From: Thraustochytrium aureum
Taxonomy: Eukaryota
DNA length: 43,590 bases
Assembly (NCBI GenBank): GCA_012862495.1
Contig: BLSG01000162.1
Coordinates: forward strand, 185,122 to 228,711
Direction: 5' to 3'
Each line of letters opens with the position of its first letter. The first letter of the stretch is position 1. The position numbers and the translations under genes were made by a program. This document shows, piece after piece, positions 34,569 through 43,590 of this stretch. Below the pieces are notes generated by a model. The model saw only the letters and a list, made by a program, of their open reading frames with translations, did no database searches and had not been told where the DNA came from.

Positions 34569-34867
34569 GCGCACGAATTCGCGCTGGTCGATTTGTCTGG
34601 CCGACTCGGCCCCGTCGCGCGGCTTGGGCTCCGCCTTTTTGCGCACGCTCGCTCCGAGAGCCGTGCATCCCTTGCCGCCGCTAGGTAGTGTGGTGCCTTT
34701 CTCAGCAACCAAAAGCAAAGTTCACAGTCAAACTCTCTGTCTCAGCCTAGGCCCCATGGCCTCAGCCGGCCGGCCCGCGAGGAGCACGACCACGGCGGCG
34801 CAAGAAGCGGAGCAGAGCGGAACGACTCAGGCAGGCAACGGCCACGTTCCTTGCAGCCGGCGCCCGC

Positions 34868-36926
34868 TCATAGCCGCTCGAGCCCAAGCGACACGGTCAG
34901 CACTTTGGGCTTTGGCTCGGGAAGGACAAACCGCCGCATGAGCTTGTCAAACTCAGCTCGGGCCCTGTCACAGTGCAGGCGGACCACGCGGTCTTCGTCG
35001 TAGGAGGACGAGGCGTTTGCGAGACGCAAAATGTCCCGAAGCTGGCTCGGGATCTCTTGGATTGCCTCGTTGCCGTCGACGGCCAGAGCCCCCTTGATGA
35101 TCTGTAGCAAGACGTACGCAGCAGCTCGGCGCGGCGCAGCGGCCGCGCCACTCGCGCTGCGCTCGGTCTGCAGCACGTCGCGCAAGAGCAGGGTCACGGT
35201 TGCTGCCTGCTGGAACGCCGCGCGAGGCGCCAGCATGCACACATCGGCGAGATTGGCCAGGCAGCTCGTGCGAAACTGAGCGTCTAAGCGCCACGCCTGT
35301 TCGCCTTCCTCGCGTGTCTTGCTGTTCACCGGGGCCTCTACATAGCGACCTTGTTCATCAGTCAGGGCGCCGGCCTTTGGCGTGATAGGTTTTGTCACGC
35401 GCGCTCGGGCACCAGAGCAAAACGCGCGAATCAGCATCGGGGCGTGGGCCGGGAGAGACTCGCCTGCCCGGTGCGCCGCTAGCTTGAGCACCTCGCCAAG
35501 ACGCAGGCGGCCCTCCAAGGGGAGCCCCTCGGGCTCACCGAACAGGGCGGCAAAGCGCGCAAAGTACGTGCGGGGGTCGGCCTCGCAGACCGCGCCGAGG
35601 CACCGAATGCAAGTCAAGTATACGTACGGGTCTTCGTCGAGAAGCGCGCCAGTGAGCAGGTCGACCAGCATCTTCATGTGGGCGTTCCCGGGGCTTGGGA
35701 GAGTTGGACTTGCGTTGCAGCACGAGGTCGCGCACGCGGTCTAGCCCCATTGCCCGAACAGGCGGGTCCTTGCTGGCGATCTCGCGCTCGGCGAGGCGCA
35801 GCTGGGCGCCAATCGGGTCGAAAACCTCTTCGTCTGGCTCGCCCTGCTGCTTGATAGCTGGAGAGGCGCTTTGGCGCATTGCGCGAAAGCTCGCAGTCTG
35901 GCCCGCAGAGAGGATGGCAGACCGCACGGTCACAGCCGCTTCCGCAAGCTCGCGGCACTGGCGAGCTACGAGGGGCAGGGAACCGGCTTGCGCGCCGGCG
36001 GCCGCGAGCGCGCCGCGACCACTGCGCTCGTCGGCGCGGCTGAGGGCCGCGAGTGGCTCGAGCAGCGGCTCCAAGGTCTCAAAGCGCGACTTTGGACTCG
36101 GTGCATCGTTCTCGGCTGTGCCCCAAAGGTCCTCGTTTGCGTCGCGCGAAGCGAGAGAGGCCGCAATCGCGACGGCGACGGGGCACACCTCTAGAGCAAA
36201 CAGAGCGAGCGGCGTGGCCTCGACTTGGTCTTCAAAAGTCCAAAGGCCCATCGCCGACGTGCAGGCGCCGAGAAAACGCGTCGCCGCGGCCACCACAGTG
36301 TCAGGCTCGATGTGCTGCCGTGTGAGCCGAAAGCAGTGCGCGGCAGCTTGCTCGTCCGTGAGGGCTTGCAGGAAGGCCAAGTCGGTAAGAGCGGCACGGG
36401 CATCCGTGGCAGCCGGGGCACTGAGCAAGGCCCCGACGCCATCGAGGCAGGCGGGGAACAGGGCGCGGAGCGTAGAGGGCTTGCGGGACAGCAAGCGGAG
36501 CAAGTGGCCCACTCGGCTCCGCGTCATCGCATCGTCCTCCGTGCCCTCGTTTTCGGGTTCTGCGTCAGCCCGTGCCTCGGCTGCCGGCGAGTGGGGCAAG
36601 ACCACGTCGACTTTCGATCGGCGCCGGAGCGCCCCCGGAAGCACCAGATCAATCTCTGCGTCGGCAGGAGCGAGGACAGGCGCCTTTGCAGGCTTGGGCA
36701 TGCCAACGAGCTCGGGCCCGCCCGATTCGTTCCTCACAAAGCTGGCAGTCCCGCCGCCCTTGCGGAGGACCGTTCCAACTGGTTGTGGCACGGAGCCGAG
36801 AACGCGGGCTAGGCGCGCGACTCGCGGCTCGGGCGCGTGTCTGATCCACGTGTCGCAGGCAAAGCGCGCTTCGCCAGCGAGCCGCGTGTCTGAATCGTTG
36901 GCGAAGGCGTACAGCTCAAAGGCGGC
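34868..36926 (-). CDS. TANGO6: TANGO6/Rtp1 (RNA polymerase II assembly/import factor) C-terminal part; frameshift ~35700, 5' part in gap 36927-37570
   Basis: DPPVRAMGL, LLDEDPYVYLTCIRCL, RLRLGEVL, AGESLPAHAPMLIRAF, FRTSCLANLADVC, RRAAAYVL and DEDRVVRLH match Rtp1 C-terminal motifs. Confidence 0.8.
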
Positions 36927-37866
36927 NNNNNNNNNNNNNNNNNNNNNNNNNNNNNNNNNNNNNNNNNNNNNNNNNNNNNNNNNNNNNNNNNNNNNNNNNN
37001 NNNNNNNNNNNNNNNNNNNNNNNNNNNNNNNNNNNNNNNNNNNNNNNNNNNNNNNNNNNNNNNNNNNNNNNNNNNNNNNNNNNNNNNNNNNNNNNNNNNN
37101 NNNNNNNNNNNNNNNNNNNNNNNNNNNNNNNNNNNNNNNNNNNNNNNNNNNNNNNNNNNNNNNNNNNNNNNNNNNNNNNNNNNNNNNNNNNNNNNNNNNN
37201 NNNNNNNNNNNNNNNNNNNNNNNNNNNNNNNNNNNNNNNNNNNNNNNNNNNNNNNNNNNNNNNNNNNNNNNNNNNNNNNNNNNNNNNNNNNNNNNNNNNN
37301 NNNNNNNNNNNNNNNNNNNNNNNNNNNNNNNNNNNNNNNNNNNNNNNNNNNNNNNNNNNNNNNNNNNNNNNNNNNNNNNNNNNNNNNNNNNNNNNNNNNN
37401 NNNNNNNNNNNNNNNNNNNNNNNNNNNNNNNNNNNNNNNNNNNNNNNNNNNNNNNNNNNNNNNNNNNNNNNNNNNNNNNNNNNNNNNNNNNNNNNNNNNN
37501 NNNNNNNNNNNNNNNNNNNNNNNNNNNNNNNNNNNNNNNNNNNNNNNNNNNNNNNNNNNNNNNNNNNNNNAGGGCCGCGCGGATCGGGTCTGCAGCCGCC
37601 GACAAGGTGCTCCCCACCGTCGGGCGCCGCGGCGCCGCGGCCGTGCTCCTTGCCGGGCGGGCAGCGAGCGGCGGGAGCGGCCAAGCCTGGCCTCCGTGCG
37701 CTCGCGCAAGAACAAGAACAACACAAGCTGATGGTGGTAGAGAAAGTACTTTTGATTGAGTAGAGCACAACATTACAACAACCTGGCTTCGCTGGCGCAG
37801 CCGCTTCGCTCGTTGCTCACGATCAAGCGCTCTGCGAGGCGCGGCGCTCGCTGCCCACGATGCTGC

Positions 37867-38558
37867 TTAGTTTCTGGTGATTGGGGCGCCGCCGTCGGAA
37901 AGCAGCACTGCGACCTCGTTGGTGCGAAAGCACGGCAGCGTGAAGGGCGAGTTGTAGCCCATGGCCTCCCAGGCAGCCGAGCCGTCCGGGTTGTGCAGGA
38001 CTTTGCGCGTCGTGCTCTGCTCCTGGATGGTCTGGATGGCCTCCTCCGCGTACTCCCTGGCGCGCGACTCGCGGAAGACCCGGAAAACTGCTTGACGGCC
38101 ACGAGCCGCCCTTCGACCTTGGAGAGCTTGACGCGGCTGTCGAGCGGGGTGGGTGGCGTGCGGCCGGACTTGATGAACTTTGACGGGAGCACGAACGACA
38201 TGGTCTGGTCGGTCACGTCCTGGTTTCTGAGGATCACTGGGGCCGTCATGGCGATGGGCTCGGCCATGTTTGCGAGCGTCTCGTTGGAGGTCATGATGAC
38301 CGGCGCCGTCATGGGGATAGCCTCTGGCGCGTCAGAGGAGCCTTTGTTCTGCGGCTTGGAGAAGACGCCAATGTAGTTTGCGAGAATGCGGAACGCCTGG
38401 GAGTTGAAGTTGTCAACAGACGACACGTCGTCGAGGTCCTTGGAGGAGACGGACGCGATGAACATCGGCGCGTACTGCCTTATCTCCAGGTCGCCCACCT
38501 TGCCCAGCGACTTGAACTTGGGCACCTCCTCGCTGATCTTGCCGAACACGGACCCCAT
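37867..38558 (-). CDS. SOUL heme-binding family protein; apparent 1-nt frameshift ~38076
   Basis: MGSVFGKISEEVPKF, EIRQYAP, AFRILANYIG, IPMTAPVI / IAMTAPVI, TMSFVLPS and VAVKQFSG. The shifted frame gives AMGYNSPFTLPCFRTNEV. Confidence 0.9.
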
Positions 38559-39057
38559 CCTGATCCTCCTCGTTGCCTCTCCTTTCCCGCTGCTGGAAGC
38601 GCCTGGTCGTTTCGTTTCTTCGATTCGGGGTCTGCCTGACAGGACGTCCACAGACTCGAAGCGAAAAGAGAAGCGAGGGGGATACAAAGTCGAGTCTCCT
38701 TCGGATCCGAAGGGATGGACGTCCCTCAACTCGAAGCAGGCATCTTTCCTTCCGCGTCTTCTACCGGCAATGTGCGCGCGGTGAGGATCTTGCCGAGTGT
38801 CGTCGAGTTTGTCGAGTTTGCGAGTTTCGTTGCGTTTTTGCGGTCGGGTAATCGGGTAAAAGGATGCTCTTCGGTTAGGTTGACTCTGGGCTAATTCACA
38901 CTTTGACAAGATCAAGATTGCAATGAACATGAACAAATTCAAGACGCTTGAAGCCGGAGGAGACAGGCAGGCCCCGAGTGGCTGGAGATCGAGGCGGCAG
39001 CCTCGAATCGCTGCTGGACGCTCCATCACGCAACGCAGCCGCGGGTCTGGCCAGGAG

Positions 39058-39276
39058 ATGCTCAACGATGACGACGTCCCGGTGGCGGTGCCCGTGAAGA
39101 TGGGCCCGAATGGCTTTGAGGTCGACCACCTGGAAGCGCAGCGACTCCAGCAGCAAAACCAGCAACCCCAGATGTACCAGCAGCACCAGCAGCAGTCGCC
39201 GCCGGCTGGCCCCAGCGTCGAGCATATCGTGGCGGCGGAGGAGTTGAGGCTTGCGTGCATGCACCGCGCGGTCCTG
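39058..39276 (+). CDS. PolyQ four-TM family, copy 1 (N-terminus only, remainder in gap)
   Basis: MLNDDDVPVAV..polyQ..EELRLACMHRAVL parallels copy 3 (MEKDDEIPLAV..polyQ..EESRLACIHRAVL). Confidence 0.75.
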
Positions 39277-40252
39277 NNNNNNNNNNNNNNNNNNNNNNNN
39301 NNNNNNNNNNNNNNNNNNNNNNNNNNNNNNNNNNNNNNNNNNNNNNNNNNNNNNNNNNNNNNNNNNNNNNNNNNNNNNNNNNNNNNNNNNNNNNNNNNNN
39401 NNNNNNNNNNNNNNNNNNNNNNNNNNNNNNNNNNNNNNNNNNNNNNNNNNNNNNNNNNNNNNNNNNNNNNNNNNNNNNNNNNNNNNNNNNNNNNNNNNNN
39501 NNNNNNNNNNNNNNNNNNNNNNNNNNNNNNNNNNNNNNNNNNNNNNNNNNNNNNNNNNNNNNNNNNNNNNNNNNNNNNNNNNNNNNNNNNNNNNNNNNNN
39601 NNNNNNNNNNNNNNNNNNNNNNNNNNNNNNNNNNNNNNNNNNNNNNNNNNNNNNNNNNNNNNNNNNNNNNNNNNNNNNNNNNNNNNNNNNNNNNNNNNNN
39701 NNNNNNNNNNNNNNNNNNNNNNNNNNNNNNNNNNNNNNNNNNNNNNNNNNNNNNNNNNNNNNNNNNNNNNNNNNNNNNNNNNNNNNNNNNNNNNNNNNNN
39801 NNNNNNNNNNNNNNNNNNNNNNNNNNNNNNNNNNNNNNNNNNNNNNNNNNNNNNNNNNNNNNNNNNNNNNNNNNNNNNNNNNNNNNNNNNNNNNNNNNNN
39901 NNNNNNNNNNNNNNNNNNNNNNNNNNNNNNNNNNNNNNNNNNNNNNNNNNNNNNNNNNNNNNNNNNNNNNNNNNNNNNNNNNNNNNNNNNNNNNNNNNNN
40001 NNNNNNNNNNNNNNNNNNNNNNNNNNNNNNNNNNNNNNNNNNNNNNNNNNNNNNNNNNNNNNNNNNNNNNNNNNNNNNNNNNNNNNNNNNNNNNNNNNNN
40101 NNNNNNNNNNNNNNNNNNNNNNNNNNNNNNNNNNNNNNNNNNNNNNNNNNNNNNNNNNNNNNNNNNNNNNNNNNNNNNNNNNNNNNNNNNNNNNNNNNNN
40201 NNNNNNNNNNNNNNNNNNNNNNNNNNNNNNNNNNNNNNNNNNNNNNNNNNNN

Positions 40253-40734
40253 CTTCGTAGCACGAGCGAGATCGTCCTGGAGGAGGAGTTGAGGCTGGTG
40301 CCATCCACCGCGCGGTCTTGAGCGTCTCCATCCTGCTTCTGCTGACGTGCTGGGCAAACAACTACATGTTTCCGCCGAGTTTGATTGCGGCCATTCTCGG
40401 CATCTCGAGCTCTGCGATGGGCCTTAACCGCAACTGCGGATGCTGCGGCGATACGGACCCCGGCAGGCGGTTCACAACGATTCGCAACCTGTACATCTCG
40501 ACGAGCTTGTTCAGCATTGCAGGGTTCTGCACGTCGACTGCCGCGGTGATGGTGTTCTACGAGTACGTTGTTTGGTTTTGGATGTCGCTGTTTGTTTCAT
40601 TCGTGACAATCACGCTTCTGGGTTTGTCAAGCGGCGCAGCGTTCATGTCGAGCAGACTCGCCAACAGCTGCTGCGTTGGCCAACGCAGCGTGCACCTGAC
40701 GCAGCAAGAGGGAAATCGAACGTACAAGGCTTGA
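40253..40734 (+). CDS. PolyQ four-TM family, copy 2 (5' in gap; frameshift ~40300)
   Basis: IVLEEELRL / IHRAVLSVSILLLLTCW..PPS..AAILGISS..CGCCG..DPG.RFTTIRNLYI, colinear with copy 3. Confidence 0.75.
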
Positions 40735-41371
40735 TCAGGGCCGTGGGTCGTAGCGAAGGAGCAGGAGCATCAAGACCTTTGCGCTGCACGTCCGTCGCGA
40801 TGCCGGAGGCGCTGGTTTCGCTCGGCGGTGCGGCCACGCACCGCGTTTTCTCAACTGACCGCGGCCGGGCGCCACGAAGCCCGAGCTCTAGCTAGCTAGT
40901 AAATGCAGCAAGCACTCTCCGTTCCCCCGCCAGCTACTCGATGCAAGAGCTCCGCCCGAGCGAGGCGCTCGGCCTGGATGCGGGCCTGCCCGAGCAAGGC
41001 GCATGGCCTGGATGCGGTTCTCGCGGCTCTGGCTGGCATGACAGCCGCGAAGCCAGTGGCCGGTGTGTTGTGTTGTGTTGTGTTCTTCCCAGGTTAGTGA
41101 GTACTCCCTCCAGCTGGAGTACAACGAGGGGGGGACTCTTGATGTACTCGAGTGAGGCGCGACCTCGAAAGGATGGACGAAAGACGAAACAGTGCCCACT
41201 TGGTGCCTGAGCAAAGCAGCACCAACTCCATCAATTGGAGCAAAGCAGCATGGAAGCAAGCAGCACCTACTTGAAACGGGCACGGGCCGACAGCCCGCTT
41301 GCAAGGCACAGATCCCCACGGCGTTGGCGGCTTTCGCGCGCCGCTGGCCAGACCGGGTGAGTTTGAACGAG

Positions 41372-42019
41372 ATGGAGAAAGACGACGAGATCCCGTTGGC
41401 GGTGGAAGCCCCGAACCAGGAGCACCAGCTGGTCCAACAGCTCCGACAGCAACAGGAACAACTGCAGCTGCAGCAGCTGCAGCTGCAACAGCTCCAAAGA
41501 CAGCTACAGCAGCAGCAGGCGGAAGACCGTGACGTGAGCCAGGTAGTGTTGGAGGAGGAGTCGAGGCTGGCGTGCATCCACCGCGCGGTCCTTGGCCTCT
41601 CTGTCGTTTTACTGCTCACGTGCTGGACAACTCTCTACTTCATGCCGCCGAGCGCTGTTGCGGCTATACTTGGGATTTCGGGCTCTGTGATAGGCCTCTC
41701 CCGTACCGGTGGATGTTGTGGCGAGAGGGATGATCCTGGCATCCGCTTCGCTACGATTCGCAACCTGTACATCGCGACGAGTGTGATGAGCCTTGCGGGA
41801 GCCGCATCGTCCATCGGAGCAGCACTGATGTTCTTCTTCGCGTTTTATGATACCTTCGTATCGTTCTGGGGCGTGATGTCGGTCGTGGTCTCGGTTCTGG
41901 CAATCTTGCTTTTCGCGCTGACCACTGCCGCGTCGTGCATGTCGAACAAGCTGGCAAACGGCTGCTGCGGCGGCCCGCGCAGCATCCACCTCACGCGGGC
42001 GGGCGTTTCGAAAGTTTGA
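41372..42019 (+). CDS. PolyQ four-TM family, copy 3 (complete, 215 aa), MS4A/CD20-like topology
   Basis: Gln-rich N-terminus, four hydrophobic segments, and GGCCG and NGCCG cysteine clusters. Confidence 0.8.
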   Translation: MEKDDEIPLAVEAPNQEHQLVQQLRQQQEQLQLQQLQLQQLQRQLQQQQAEDRDVSQVVLEEESRLACIHRAVLGLSVVLLLTCWTTLYFMPPSAVAAILGISGSVIGLSRTGGCCGERDDPGIRFATIRNLYIATSVMSLAGAASSIGAALMFFFAFYDTFVSFWGVMSVVVSVLAILLFALTTAASCMSNKLANGCCGGPRSIHLTRAGVSKV

Positions 42020-42628
42020 GCCAGCAAGCCTATCTGCGAAGCCGCTCACGGAGGAAAGGCGCGCCGCAGTCGAATCGGCCATCGGCAGCTCGGCCGCCGA
42101 GCGACTCGCGCGAGAGCCGCACTCAACCAGGCGGCCCACATCTCCGTGAGGACCGACACAACCCGCCCAAAAACAGCACCCCCAATCAACTCCACACTTC
42201 TTGACGCTGCGGCTCTGCCAAGTCCGTTCCAGCCCGGCCAGCCAGCCAGCCAGCCATGGCCTGGCCCGTGCTCGAGCCGAGCGCGAACGCGGGTTCGTGG
42301 TAGAGTACGAGGGATCGTCGTCGTTGGGGAGTGGGCGCGAACTGTTCATCAGTTTTACAATATCCACCGAGACCAAACGGGCGCGCGAGCGAGTGCTCTG
42401 CCGTACTCCCGGCCGACCCACTCTGCGCGCGCGCGCGAGGCGCCGAGGCTTCCCGGAAGCGCGGCTCGTGCTCGTCCACAGCGGGCGCCGCTCGCATCGA
42501 CGGCGAGGAGCAAGGCAGACAGATCCCGTCAAGGCACGCAATTTGAGGACCACGACGAGGAGGCGTCAACTTGACGCGGCTCACGCGGCGCAGCGGCTCG
42601 CGGGGCCGAGCCAGCAAGCAGAGCTGCG

Positions 42629-43100
42629 ATGGAGCACCGGTCGAGCTGCTGGAGCGTGCCGTGGTCGGCGGCGCAGCAAGAGGCGGAGATGGAGGAGGGC
42701 CGGTCAGGCAGCGCCTCGCAAAGATAGCTGCCGCGCTCGCCGAGCTCGAGGCGCAGCGGCCAGCGCTGGCGGGCATCGCCGCGAGCAAGGCGTCCATGGC
42801 CCGGCGGTCGCGGTTGGAAAACGAGGAGGTGCTGGTCGCCAGCGCCTCGCATGTGGACGAGCTCTGGCAAGGTTTGCGCCAGGTGCGCGAGCTATGTGGC
42901 GGCGGCAGCGCGGCCATCGAACAGCCGCGGCTCGACATGGGCGCAATTGCGCTGCGCGAGGGGCGCATGGCGGAGGCCTTGGCTGAGCGCGAGGCCTTGC
43001 ACAGGAGATCCGCGCGCTCGTTGGCGCATACGCACAGTGGGTGGACGCGGTTTCGGCCGAGCTTGTGGTGGCAGCAGGCGAGCCGCTCGAGGCTGCGTAG
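42629..43100 (+). CDS. DCTN3: Probable dynactin subunit 3 (p22/p24), needing two 1-nt corrections (~42639, ~43002)
   Basis: Reconstructed MEHRVELLERAVVG resembles DCTN3 RVEELERWVYG. The C-terminus EALHxEIRALVGAYAQWVDAVSAELV resembles [22 protein letters not shown]. Helical and of similar length. Confidence 0.5.
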
Positions 43101-43590
43101 GATCGCACCTCAACCGTCTCCGAACAGATCAGCCTTGGACAACCCATGGACAACCCATGGACAAGCCAAGAAAAATCTGGCGCGTTGGCCTGCGTTTCAC
43201 AGCCATCCGCTCCGGGCGACAGAGAACCAACGCGCGTCGACCAACCGACGAACGCTGGTGGGCGTTACTCGAAGTAGCGATGGAGGTGGATTCCGCTCCC
43301 TGTCGCTCCGACGCAGCCCCGAGAGGCAACTGAACGTCGCTTCGGCGATGGAAAGGCGGCTGCGCGCGACGTCACGCAGGGCGCCCTCACAGCGCGGCGG
43401 AGATTCGACGGCGGTTTGCACAAGGCCGTGGATGCAATTCAACAACTGGTGGCTGGAAGAAACGCCAGCAGAGTTCCCTCACGCGCTCCAGCCAGCGCTC
43501 CAGAAAAAAAGACGACGCGGAATTGAAACCACTCGGGACCCGGAAAAGGAAGGAAGAAAAAGTTAGTCACGTAGGTAGAGTACTTACCGG

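Noticed and set aside
441..37731. Long antisense or alternate-frame ORFs (e.g. 441-2858, 12594-14150, 25802-28327, 35695-37731)
   Set aside because: Shadows of real genes in GC-rich DNA, often inflated by N runs, with no family motifs.

Overview
GC-rich, gene-dense, intron-poor eukaryotic nuclear scaffold with many N gaps. The gene content and a split nad11 suggest a stramenopile protist, possibly a thraustochytrid/labyrinthulomycete (inference). About 17 genes are recognisable: a coiled-coil/EF-like protein, the C-terminal half only of complex I Nad11/NDUFS1, a PsuG-PsuK pseudouridine catabolism fusion, REEP/Yop1, a Sec14(CRAL-TRIO)-PH-PH protein, a 4xCBS-TPR protein, RPA2, a giant ankyrin/TRAF-zinc-finger protein, a COPI-associated protein, an LC8-type dynein light chain, a spliced ankyrin protein, an EF-hand-like protein, TANGO6/Rtp1, a SOUL heme-binding protein, three tandem polyQ four-TM genes and a probable dynactin p24. 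Four signals stand out. (1) An apparent dynein heavy-chain stalk plus microtubule-binding domain, with no motor, sits inside the ankyrin/TRAF protein. (2) The nuclear Nad11 starts exactly after the last Fe-S cysteine and has gained a presequence. (3) A dense ATGACGC cluster and E2F-type sites lie in the RPA2 divergent promoter. (4) An intron hairpin covers the branch point and an out-of-frame AG. About ten single-base frameshifts are best read as homopolymer sequencing errors. All family calls are by eye from motifs; no searches were run.
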